Assembly (NCBI RefSeq): GCF_009914755.1
Contig: NC_060940.1
Strand: one strand, 5' to 3'
Length of the DNA: 64,000 nucleotides
From: the human T2T-CHM13v2.0 reference genome, Homo sapiens
Within the stretch, counting starts at the first letter, position 1; every line of letters begins with the position of its first letter. Of this stretch, positions 1-22,320 are shown piece by piece. The notes under the pieces were generated by a model. The model worked only from the letters and a program-made list of their open reading frames with translations. It ran no database searches and was not told where the DNA came from. A program made the position numbers and the translations under genes.

Positions 1-981
1 CTGAGCAGAAGGGACTCACATCCACCCTTGCCACAATCTGTTCCTTTCTCCCGGAAACCTGGGTGCTTCATGTGACCTCACTACTGGGCATTGGATGGGC
101 TTCTGCCTCCCCTTCTCCCCGGATGAGAGCTGTGGGTTGTCATATGACCAAGGCATCCGGAGATGCAAGGCCCATGTAGAGAAAACAGGATAAAGTAGCA
201 TCCCAAGAACCAATTTTGATTCCCATAATTGCATCAGCAGCCCCAAGCCTTCCCACAATACAATAATACATAGAATAAAACTTCATAATAATTTCAGATA
301 AGACAGTGTTGGCTGCCATCTTCCATGTAGCTTCTCTTCTGACTTCAATCGGGGCTTGACCACTTCCTATTGTGTGCATTTGGGCAAACTGCTTAACCTC
401 TCTGCTGGTTTCCTCCTCTGCAGATGGGTGCCATATTGGTGCCTATCTCACAGGTTCATTGTGCAGGTGAAGTCGGCTTGACAAGTGTAAATCACTGAGA
501 ACACTGCCCCTAAATATTACCTGTGAATATGCATGAAAACCCCTCTTTGCAGATCTCCCAGTGGAGGGACAGTTTGGGGAAGTGGTCAGGACAACCCTGC
601 CACCTAGCCCTGGGCCTTACAACTCTCATGCAGACCTGGGCAGAGCAGAAGAGAGGACAGGACAAGGGGCTTTTCAGGGGCGCTCTATGATGGGAAGCTG
701 ACAAACAGCAGTGATTAGCAAACCAGCCCGTGATGTCACAAAGGGCCCAGGAGCAGAAGGAAGCAGGATGTCAAGGTCTGGATGTCAGGATGCAAATGTA
801 TGTGAGAACTCAGAAATGGGAGGGGGTCACTGACCCGTGCCACAAGGATTTCCGGAGCCCCTTCTGTGAGACATGCTCTGCTGAGGTGCTGGGGATAGCA
901 CAACGAACCAGGCTGAGAGTCCCTGCTCTCACACAGCCTGTGTTCTACTAGGGGAGAGAACACCCATAAGAAACTCAGTCA

Positions 982-1265
982 GGCTGGGCACAGCGCCTCC
1001 TTCATGCCTTTAATCTCAACACTTTGGGAAGCCAAGGTGGGAGGATTACTTAAGCTCAGCCTGGGCAGCATAGTGAGACCCCATCTCTACAAAAAATTTT
1101 AAATTAGCCAGCCATGGTGGTGCATGCCTATAGTCCCAGCTCCTCAGGAGGCTGAGGTCGGAGGATCTCTTAACTCCAGGAGGTCAACTAATGAGCCAAA
1201 ATCATGCCACTGCACTCCAGCCTGAGCAACAGACAAAGACCCTGTCTCAAACAACATCAACAAAC
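982..1265 (+). mobile_element. Alu (AluJ-like)
   Basis: Diverged dimer; TSD-like AGAAACTCAGTCA/AGGAACTCAATCA. Confidence 0.85.
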
Positions 1266-1589
1266 CAGGAACTCAATCATTTCCAACTGTGTGAAGGGCC
1301 AAGAGGAAAATATTCAGGGTGAGGTGAGTGGGTGAGGAGTAACCAGCGGAGTGGTCAGGGAGGAATTCTCTAAGGAGGAGAAGGACTGTGTCATGAGAAG
1401 CAGAGATGCAGAGCTGGGCAGGAATGCACCAGAAGGGAAAACAGCAGGTGCAAAGGCCCTGAGGTCAGCAGAGAAACAGACAGGAAGCCATTGGCCCTGG
1501 AATAGAGGAAGCGAGTCTAGAGCAATAGCGGGGACAGGGGTTATGGGGAGGGGTGGAGGAATTCCGGAATTAAGATGTTAATTTCTGGG

Positions 1590-2428
<839 letters not shown>

Positions 2429-2966
2429 TCAGTTCCCATAGGTGCTGCTGGTTCCTTACCCAGTGTCCACTCAACCCCTTCCATGATTTTCTCCTGGACG
2501 TGGTGAGAAACATTCACTTATCCAGACCCCTTTGCATCCAGGGTCCATGAGAGTGCTGGCTAATAGGCTAAACATGGAGACACACGACGGACCTTCTAGA
2601 AAAGACATTCCCTGATAAAAAGCAATGGTGCCCATTGATGCTTCTGCTCTTTGTTCTACCCTTGCCTTCCTGCCTCGAATGAGAATATCAAGAGGCCCCT
2701 GGCATGCAGGAACTTGCAGTATAAAATGCAAAACCTCCTTGGGAACAGGAGAACACAAACCACATGCTGTGGGTGGCAGAACAGAGAGAGGAGCCTGGGT
2801 CCCTTCTGGCACCAAGTTGAGGCTGGAGCCGCCTGATCTGTCTCCCTCTGGAATTTTCCTCATGACAGAAAAATAAATTCCTGTTTGGCTAAACCACTAT
2901 CGTGGAGTATTTGTTACATGCGGCTAAAAACTATCCTAACTGAGCAGGGAGACAACTGGAGGCTAG

Positions 2967-3412
<446 letters not shown>

Positions 3413-3624
3413 TAGTGTAAACAATACCAGTCAGCACCGACATTGGTCACTACGGACCCACACAGACATACAGGTGCCCTGCACTGAATAGCAGTCTTGA
3501 ATACATCAGTGACAAAGCAGGCAAAAATCTCTACCTTGATGGAGACTATACTGTATTCTAATATTCAATCAAGTATAGAGCATGTTAAATGATAAGTATT
3601 ACGGGGAAAAATAAGGCAGTTATG

Positions 3625-3909
3625 GGCCAGGCACAGTGGCCCATGCCTGCAATCCCAGCACTCTAGGAGGTCAAGGCGGGAAGATCAGATCGAGACCAGC
3701 CTGGCCAACATAGCAAAACCCTGTCTTCACTAAAAATACAAAAATTAGCTGGCCATGGTGGCGGGCACCTGTAATCCCAGCTCCTCAGGAGGCTGAGGCA
3801 CGAGAGTCGCTTGAACCCAGGAGGCGGAAGTCGCAGCGAGCCAAGATCGAGCCACTGCACTCCAGCTTGGGTGACAGAGGGAGACTCTGTGTAAAAAATA
3901 AATAAATAA
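3625..3909 (+). mobile_element. Alu (AluS-like)
   Basis: Dimer; TSD AAATAAG(G/T)CAGTTAT. Confidence 0.9.
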
Positions 3910-4164
3910 GTCAGTTATTTTAAGCATGTGCTTTAAGGACCAGAACACACACATGCTCAGGCATGCATAAGTATGCACACAATATTTTCATGAAACCCCT
4001 GCAACTTTGATGTAGCTTCAAGGAGAAAAGGAAATTCTATTCAGTCCAAGAAACCCTGATTTGACTGGGATTATCCTGAATTGACTAAGATTGTATTACT
4101 GATCGTATTCGATGATGCAGCTCAAACCGACCTGCAAGGTGCCTGCCACCTTCATCTTCAGTCA

Positions 4165-4803
<639 letters not shown>

Positions 4804-5209
4804 TCATGAGCCCCACTCGGGCAAAACTCAGCTCAAGGAGCCAAAGGCATCACCAGGAAAGGTGAAAGTGCTTCTCTTGGGGACTAGCAGAACCTCTATG
4901 ACTCAGCACTGGTGTCATAAAGCCTGGGGAGAGGGACTCTTAGCGGGGCCTTTGCTCACTTACAGGCCAGCTGCAGCCATATTGTCCAAAACAAAAAGAC
5001 AAAAACAATAATCAGCAAAGTGAATGTGAGTTTCATAATCCACAGATTCGGTTGCAAGAAGTGACATTTTATCTTCCTATTACAACTGGGCGGGAGGAAA
5101 ATTAATGTAGTTTACCCAGTGAATTCATCAGCTCAGGGACAATTTGGTCAAAGCGAGTTGTTTTCTTTCTTTCTTTGTCCCCAACATGGCATCAAAATGG
5201 TCCATCTGA

Positions 5210-5529
<320 letters not shown>

Positions 5530-6005
5530 TCATTGGTACCATGGAATACCACTCAGCAATACTACTCAAAACAGCACAAATGAATCTCAAATTTTAAGCT
5601 ATGTGGAAGCAGCTAGGCTCAAAAGATGACACTGTGTATTAGTCCATGTATATGACATTCTGGAAAAGACAAATCCATACGGACAGAGGACAGATCAGTG
5701 GTTGCCAGGGTCTAGAGGTTGGGGGAGAGTTGTTGGCTCCAAAGGAGCACAAGAAAATCGGGAGGGGCGAGACAGTATGTTCTAGATCTTAATTGTGTTG
5801 GTTACACATTTAGTGGAAACCTATAGAAGTTTCCACTAAAAAGAGTAAAATTTACTGTACATCAATTATACTTCAATAAACCTGATTTTTAAAAATAGAG
5901 GGAGGGATCTTGAGCATCAGGAGGCAGAGACCACGTCTATTTTGCTCACCATTAAATTCCTGGCATCCAGCACACTATTGAATGAGTGAATGAATGGGTA
6001 TCTAA

Positions 6006-6374
<369 letters not shown>

Positions 6375-6949
6375 TAACAATATTTTAATTACACCAAGAA
6401 ATTTTCCTCCCTCTTTGGCTGGTGAGAGTAGCAACAAAGTGACAAGGTACAGAACAAGAGGAGTGCTTGATTTGTGGGGCTTCTTTCTGCTGTTGAACTG
6501 GGAAAGAGATGAATCTAACTCTCAAATGGTCTTTGTTAGTAGAGTATGATGTTCAATAGCAATTTTCCCCCAATCGCCTAAAATCACGAGTGGGTATGAG
6601 AGGACCAAGGCAGCAAAAATGAAGATAAATAACATTTAGTAAGCATCTTCAATGTTCTTGTGCTTTACATAGACTCATTTATTTCATTTCCACAGAAAAC
6701 CTTTAAGGAAGGCATCACACCCATATCTTCTAGCGTGGGATCAGAAAAGCAAGTGGGCCCTGGTCCTCCCGACGTTCACAACCCTTACCTCTCAGGATCT
6801 TCTAAGATGGGACGTCACATACAGGAGGGGACTACACACAGAAGGCAGCCAAGAAATGGACGAAAAAGTTTCGAGTATTTTTTTAAGCACTAAATGGTTA
6901 TGGTAAAATATTATTTTGGAGGAAGTGTAGGGGGAGGCGAGGGGAAAAA

Positions 6950-7085
6950 AGGTTTTTTGTGTAACATCAACAAGTATAAAGTGAAATTTAGGGTTTCTCA
7001 TCATCCTTGGCTTCTTGTAGCCTCCTCAGATATAACTAATATTATCAGATTTTTCCAGAGATAATTCATACATATATAGCATATA
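6950..7085 (-). mobile_element. Old L1ME-like 3' fragment, left half
   Basis: AAGTATAAAGTGAAA...CAGATATAACTAATATTATCAG...TTCCAGAG...CATATATA resembles the antisense L1ME3/4 3' end as recalled. Confidence 0.45.
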
Positions 7086-8770
7086 TCTAGATATTGTCAT
7101 ATATAACACACTATGATATTAATAAAATATCTAAAATATTTATAATAATATCAAGTGTTAACACACAGTGTTACCACACTATGATGTTAACAAATATCTA
7201 TGATATTTATAATATCTAGTGTTAACACAATGTGATATTAGTAAACTAACACAGCTACAAATTCTAGTGTTAACACACTGTGATATTAATAAAATCTCTA
7301 TATTTATAATATCTAGTGCTAACACATGGTGTTAACACACAATGATATTAATAAAATCTCTATATTTATAATATCTAGTGTTAACACACTATGATATCAA
7401 TAAAATGTCTATATTTGTGATATCTAGTGTTAACACACTATTAACAAACTATCTATGATATTTATAATATCTAGTGTTTACAGTGTTAACACACTATGAT
7501 ATTAAGAAAATATCTTTATATTTATCATATCTAGTCATGACACACTATGATATTAAGAAAATATGTATGCTATTTACACGATCTTGTGTTAACATACAGT
7601 GTAAACACACTATGATATTCATAAAATAGCTATGATAAATATAATATCTAGTGCTAACACACAGGGTTAATACATTATGATATTAATAAAATATCTATGA
7701 TATTTATAATATCTAAAGTTAGCACACTGTGTTAACATGCTATAATATTCATAAAATATCTATAATATTTATAATAACTAATGTAAACACACAATGATTA
7801 ATAAAATATCTATATTTATAATATCTAGTGTTAACATACAGTGTTAACACACTATAATATTAAAAAATATCTATGATATTGAAAATATCTAGTGTTAAAA
7901 CATTAAGATATTAATAAAATATCTATGATATTTATAGTAGCTAGTGTTAATACACACTGTTAACTCACTATGATATTAATAAAATATCCATATTTATAAT
8001 ATATAGTCTTAACACACAGGGTTAACACACTATGCTATTAATAAAATATCTATGACATTTATAATATTTAGTGTTAACACAGTATGATACTAATAAAATA
8101 CACATGGTATTTATAATATCAAATGTTAACACACTATGATATTAATAAAATATCCATGACATTTATAATATCTAGTGTAAAAACACAATGATATTAATAA
8201 AATATGCATAATATTCAGGAATTAATATCATGGATATTAATAAGATAGCCATGATAATTATAATATCTAGAGGTAACACACTATGAAATTAATAAACTAT
8301 CCAAGACATTTATAATATCTAGTGGTAAAACACTACAGTATTAATAAAATATCTATGGCATTTGTAATATTTAGTGTTAACACACTATATTAATAAAATA
8401 TCTATGATATGTATAATATCTAGTGTTAAAATGCTATGATATTAACAAAATATCTGACATTTATAATATCTACTGTTTACACACAGTGTTAACAAACTAT
8501 GACATTAATAAAATTTCCATGATATTTATATCTAGTGTTAACACACTATGATATTAATAAAATATCCAGTGTTAACACACTATGGTATTAATAAAATATC
8601 CATGATATTTATACTATGTAGTATTAACACATGTGATACTAATAATATATCTATGATATTCATAATATCTAATGTTATCACAGGGTGCTAACACACTATG
8701 CCATTAAGAAAGTATCCATGACATTTATATTATCTAGTGTTAACACAGTAGGATATTAATGAAATATCCA
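7070..8770. repeat. Satellite block type A (very AT-rich, ~50-63-bp units)
   Basis: Recurring AATATCTAGTGTTAACACACTATGATATTAATAAAATATCTATGATATTTAT with central palindrome GTGTTAACAC. Confidence 0.9.
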
Positions 8771-9382
8771 TATCGCACCCCCTGTGACATTAGGAGTAAT
8801 ATCTCCCTAGAATATTATGAATAATATCACAGGGTGTCCACATATGATGTACATCTCTGTGACATTAGAAGTAATGTCTCCCTTGGATATTATGAATGTC
8901 ACAGAGTGTCCACACACGGTGTACACCTCCTGTGACATTAGGAGTAATATCTCACTAGGATATTAGGAATAATATCACAGGGTGTACACACATGGTGTAA
9001 ACCCCCTGTGACATTAGCAGTGATATCTCCCTAGGATATTAGGAATAATATCACAGGGTGTACACACGGTGTACACTTTCTGTGACATTAAGAGTAATAT
9101 CTCCCTAGGATATTCCGAATAATATCACAGGGCATACATCCCCTGTGAAGTTAGAAGTAATATCCCCCTAGAATACTACAAGTGATATCACAGTGTGTAC
9201 ACCTCCTGTGATATTAGGATTAATATCCTTCTAGAATATTATGCATAATATCACAAGGTGTATACCCAGTGTGACATTAGGAGTAATATCTCCATAGGAT
9301 ATTATGAAATATATCACAGGGTGTACACCCACTGTGACATTAGGAGTAATATCCCCCTTAATATATTAAAAATGATATCACA

Positions 9383-9732
<350 letters not shown>

Positions 9733-11936
9733 CTAAGATATTATGAATAATATCACATGGTGTACTCCCACTGTGACAAGAGAAGTAATATTACCCTAGG
9801 ATATTATGAATACTATCACAAGAAGTACACACGTGGTATACACCCACTGTGACATTAGAAGTAACATCCCCCTAGGGCATGATGAATAATATCACAAGGT
9901 GTACACACATGGTGTACAACCACTGTGACATTAGGGGTAACATTTCTCTAGAATATGATCAATAATATCACAGAGTGTACATCCTGTGAGTAACATCCTA
10001 GGAGTAAAATCCCCAGAGGATATTAGGAATAATATCACAGGGAATGTACACACATGGTGTACACCCACTGTGACATTAGGTGTAACATCTTCCAAGGATA
10101 AGACGAATAATATCACAGGGTGTACATACATGGTGGACACCCCCTGTGACATTAGGAACACATCTCTTTAGAATATCAGGAATAATACCACAGGGTGTAC
10201 ATCCCCTGTGACATCCCCCTAAGAATTAACATTCCCCTAAGATATTAAGAATAATATCACAGGTTTACATGCCCTGTGACATTAGGAGTAACATCACCCT
10301 AGGAGATTACAAATAATATCACAGGGTGTACACCCTCTGTAATATTAGGATTAAAATTCCCCTACAATATTACGAATAATATCACAGGGTATACACCCCC
10401 TGTGATATTAGGAGTAACATCACCCTAAAATATTACAAATAATATAACAGGGTATACACACCCTGTGACATTAGGAGTAACATCCCCCTGGGATATTAAG
10501 AATAATATCAAAGGGTGTACACCCCCTGTGACATTAGGAGTAACATATCCCTAAAATGTTACTGATAGTATCAAAAAGGGGTACATAACCTGTGACATTA
10601 GAAATAACATCCTCCTAGGATATTACAAATAATATCACAGTAGATATTACTGCTAACGTCACAGTGGGTGACCACACATGGTGCGCACCCACTGTGATAT
10701 TAGGAGAAATATCTCCCCAGAATATAATGCATAATGTCCCAGAGTGTACACACACGATGCAAACCCAGTGTGAAATTAGGAGTACTATCTCCCTGGGGAA
10801 TTACGGGTAATGTCCTAGGGTGTACACACAGGCTGTACACCCACTGTGATATTAGGAGTAATATCTCCCCAGGTTATTATAAATAACTTCCCAGGGTGTA
10901 CACACATGGTGTACACCACTGTAATATTAGCAGTAATATCCCCCAAAAATATTACAAATAATGTCCTGGGGTGTACACACATGGTGTACACCCACTCTGA
11001 TATTAAAAGTTATATTTTTCTGGGTATCACAAATAATGTCCCAGCATGTACACATGGTATACATCCACTGGGATATTAAGAGTAATATCTCCCCAGGATA
11101 TTACAAATAATATCTCAGGATGTACACATAGGATGTTCATTCAATGTGATATTAGAAGTAATATCTCCCTAGTGTATTACAAATAATGTCCTAGGGTGTA
11201 CACACACAGTGTACACTCACTATGATATTAATGATAATATCTCCCCATGATATTACAAATAATGTCCCAGAGTGCACACACACAGTGTACACCCACTGTG
11301 ATATTTGGAGTAATATCTCCTTAGGATATTACAAATAATGTCCCAGGGTGTACACATGGCATATACCCAAGGTGATATTAAGAGTAATGTCTCCCTATGA
11401 TATTACAAATAATTTCCCAGAGTGTACACCCACTGTGATATTAGAAGAAATATCTCTTCAGGATATTTCAAATAATATCCCAGTGATGTTAAGAGCAGTA
11501 TCCTTCCAGGATATTACTAATAATATCCCAGTGTGTGCACACATGGTGTACACTCACTGTAATATTAAAAATAATATCTCCTCAGAATATTACAAATACT
11601 ATTTCAGAGTTTACACTCATGTTGTACACCCACTGTGATATTAGGAGTAATATCTTCCCTGAATATTGTGAATTCCAGGGTGTACACCCACTGTGATATT
11701 AGGAGTAACATTTCCCCAAGATATTACGAATACTATACCAGGGTGAACACACATGGTGTACACCTACTATGTTATTAGATGTAATATCTCCCCAAGCTAT
11801 TACAAATACTATCTCAGGGTGAACACACATCCTGCACACCCACAGTGATATTAGGAGCAATATCTGCTCTGGATATTACAAATAATATCCCAAACAGTAC
11901 ACACATGGTGTACACCCACTGTCATATTAAGATTAA

Positions 11937-12296
<360 letters not shown>

Positions 12297-15200
12297 TCAT
12301 ATTATAAGTAATATCTCCACAGGATATTATGAAGACTATACAAGGGTGTACATGCATGGTGTACACCCATTGTGATATTAGGAGTAATATCTCCCCAGAA
12401 TATTACTAATAATATCTCAGGGTGTACACACACAGTGTACCCCCACTGTGATATTAGGAGTAATATCTTCTCAGGATATTACAAATAATGTCCCAGGGTG
12501 AACACACATGGTGTACACCCACTGTGATATTAGGAGTAATATCTTTTCAGGATATTATCAATAATGTGCCAGGGTATACACACATCGTATACACCAACTG
12601 TGATATTAGAAGTAATATCTCCCCAGAATATTACAAATGATTTCCCATGGTGTACACACTTGATGTACACCCCCTGTGATACTAGGAGTAATATCTCTCC
12701 AGGATATTGTGAATATTGTCCCAGGGTGTACACACATGGTGTGCACCCACTGTGATATTAGGAATAATATCTCCCCAGGATATTATGAATAGTGTTCTAG
12801 GGTGTACACACATGGTGTACACTCTGCTGTGATATTAAGAGTAATATCTCTGCAGGATACTACAAATAATATCCCAGGGTGTCCATCCACTGTGATATTA
12901 GAAATAATATATCCCCAGGATATTACAAATAATATCCCAGTGTGTTCACACATGGTGTACACCATCTGAGATATTAAAGGTAATATCTCCCTGGAAATTA
13001 TGAATACTATCTCAGGGTATACACATATGGTATACACCCACTGTGATATTAGGAGTAATATATTGCCAGGATATTGCTAATACTATTCCAGGGTGTACAC
13101 ACATGGTGTAAAAGCATTGTGATATTAGGAGTAATACCTCCCCAAGATATTACAAATGCTATACCAGTGTGTACACACATGGTGTACACACACGATATTA
13201 AAAGTAGTATCTCCCAAGGATATTAATAATAGTATCCCAGGGTATACACACATCGTGTACACCCACTGTAATATTAGGAGTAATATCTCCCCTGGATATT
13301 ACAAATACTATCCTAGAGTGTACACACATAGTGAACACCCACTGTGATATTAAGAGTAATATTCCCCAGGATATTACGAATACTATACCAGTGTGTACAC
13401 ACATGGTGTACACCAACTGTGATATTATAAGTAGTATCTCCCCAGGATATTATGATTACTATCCCAGGGTGCAGACATATGGTGTACACTCTTTGTGATA
13501 TTAGGAGTAATATCACCCCAGATATTACTAATAATATACCAGGGTGTACACACATGGTGTACCTACCCCCACTTTGATATTAGGAGTAATATCTTCCCAG
13601 GATATTACAATAATGTCCTAGGGTGTACAGACATGGGGTACACCCACTGTGATATTAGGAGTAATATCTCCCCAGGATATTACAAATAATGTCCCAGGGT
13701 GTACACATGTGGTGCACAACAACTGTGATATTAGGAATAATATCTTTTTAGGATATTATGAATAATGTCCCAGGGTGTACACACGTCATGTAAACCAACT
13801 GTGATATCAGGAGAAATATCTGCCCAGCATATTACGAATAATGTATACACCATGTGTGTACACCCACTGAGATATTAGGAGTAATATCTCTCCCCAGGAT
13901 ACTACTAATACTATCCCAGGGTGTACACACATGGTGTACACCCACTGTGATATTAAGTGTAATATCTTCCCAGGATATTGTGAATACTCTCCCAGGGTGT
14001 ACCCACCTGGTGTACAGCCACTGTGATATTTGGAGTAATATCTCCCAAGGATATTACGAATACTATTACAGGGTGTAGACACATGTTGTACACCCACTAT
14101 GATATTAGGAGTAGCATCTCTCGAGGACATTTTGAGTACTATCCAACACATCGTGTACACCCACCATGATATTAGGAGTAATATCTTACCAGGATATTAT
14201 GAATAGTATATGAGGGTGTACAGGGTGTACACACATGATGTATACACACTGTGATATTAGGAGGAATATCTCCCCAAAATATTACAGATACTAAAACAGG
14301 GTGTACACACATGGTGTACAACTACTGTGATATTAGGAGTAATAGCTCCCCAGGATATTATGAATACTATCCCTGGTGTACACATATAGTGTCATATTAG
14401 AAGAAATAATAGGCACACATAGTGTCATAGTAGAAGAAATATCACCCAAGAATACTATGAATACTACCTGAGGGTGTACACACATAGCATACACCCACTG
14501 TGATATTATGAGTAATATATCCCCAGAATATTATGAACACTATCCCAGGGTGTACACACCTTGTGTACACCCACTGTGATATTAGGAGTAATATCTTTCC
14601 AGGATATTACGAATACTATCCCAGGGTGCACACACATGGTTTACACCCACCATAATATTAGGGGTAATATCCGTTTAGGATATTATGGATACTGTCACAG
14701 AGTCTACACCATGTATGTGATATTAGGAGTATATTTCCTCAGAATATTATGAATACTATCTCAGGATGTACACACATATTGCACAACTACTGTGATATCA
14801 CCAGTAATACCACCCAATGTCATTACGAATGCTATACCAGGCTCTACACATATGGTGCACAACCACTGTGATATTACGAGTAATATCTTTTCAGTATATT
14901 AAAAACACTATCCAGTGGTGTACACACATGATGTACACCCACCGTGACATTAGAAGTAATAGCTCCCCAGGATATTACAAATACTATACTATCCCAGGGT
15001 GTACATATATGGTATACACTCACTGTGATTTTAGTAGAAATATCGCTCCAGGATATTACAAACACTTTCCGAGGGTGTACACACACTGTGATATTAGGAC
15101 TAATATCTCCACAGGATATTATGAATGCTATCTCAGGGTTTAAACACATGGTGTACATCCACAGTGACATTATCTCCCCAGTATTTTATGAATAATATTC

Positions 15201-16900
15201 CATGATATTAAAAGTAATATCTCCCAAAATATTACAAATACTATCCCAGGGTGTGCACACATGGTGTACACCCACAGTGATATTAACAGCAATATCTCCC
15301 CAGGATATTATGAATACTATCCTAGGTGTACACACATGGTGTACAACCACTGTGATATTAGGAGTAATATCTCAACAAGATATTATGAATAATATCCCAG
15401 GGTGTACACACGTTGTACACCCACTGTGATATTAAGAGTAGTAACTCCATAAAATATTACAAATACTATCCCACACATCGTGTACACCCACTGTGATATT
15501 AGGAGAAATATCTTCTTAGGATATTATGAATATTATCACAGGGTGTATACAAATGGTGTAAGCACTGTGATATTTAGAGTAATATCTCCCCAAAATATTA
15601 AGAATACAATAACAGGATATATACACATGGTGTACACCCACTGTGATATGAAGGGTAATATCCCCCGGGATGTTATGAATACTATACCAGTGTGTACACA
15701 CATGGAGTATACGCACTGTGATATTAGGAGTAATATCTCCCTAAGTCACTGTGATATTAGGAGTAATATTTTCCAGGATATTACCAATGCTATCCCATGG
15801 TGTACACACATGCTGTACACCCACTGTGATACTATAAGGAGTATCTCTGCATCATATTACGAATTCAATCCCAGGGGGTATACACAGGTTGAACACACAC
15901 TTTGGTATTAGGAGTAATATCTTTCAAGGATATTACAAATAGTATCCCAGGGTGTACACACATGGTGTATGCCCACTGCGATAATAGGAATAACATCTCC
16001 CAAGAATATTATGAATAATAGAGCAGAGTGTATACACATGGTGTACACCCACTGTGATATTAAAAGAAATATCTCCCGAGGATATCACAAATAATATCTC
16101 AGAGTGTACACACATGGTGTACACCCATTTTGATATTTGGAGTAATATCTTTGGAGGATAATATGAATAATATCGCAGAGTGTACACACATGGTGTACAC
16201 CCACTGTGATATAAAAGTAATATCTCCAGAGGATATTACAAATAATATCACAAGGTGTACACTCACTGTGATATTAGAAGCAATATATTCGAAAGATATT
16301 ATGAATAATATCACAGGGTGTACACTCGATATTAGGAGTAATATCTCCCTAGGATATTACAAATATTATCACAAGGGGTGCACACACTGTGCTATTAGGA
16401 GAAATATCTCTCTAGGATATTACAAATAATATCACAGGCTGTACACACATGGTGTACACACACTGTGCTATTAGGAGTAATATTTCCCTAGGATATTATT
16501 AATATCACAGGGTGTACACACATGGTGTACATTTACTGTGATATTAGCTGTAATATCTCCCTACAATATTACGAATAATATCTCCCTCGGATAATATCTC
16601 CCTCTGATATTATGAATAATATCAGAGGGTGCACACACGTGGTGTACACCCACTGTGATTTTCAAAGAGAAATATTTCCCCAGGATATCATGAATAATAT
16701 CCCAGGTTGGGCAAACATGGCATACACTCACTGTGATATTAGAAGTGTAATATTTCCTCAGGATATTACAAATATAATCTTAAGGTGTACACATATGGTG
16801 TACACCCACTAAGTTATTAGGAGAGTAATATCTCCTTAGGATATTATGGATAATATTTTTGGGTGTACACATGGTGTGTACACCCATTGTGATATTAGGA

Positions 16901-22320
<5,420 letters not shown>
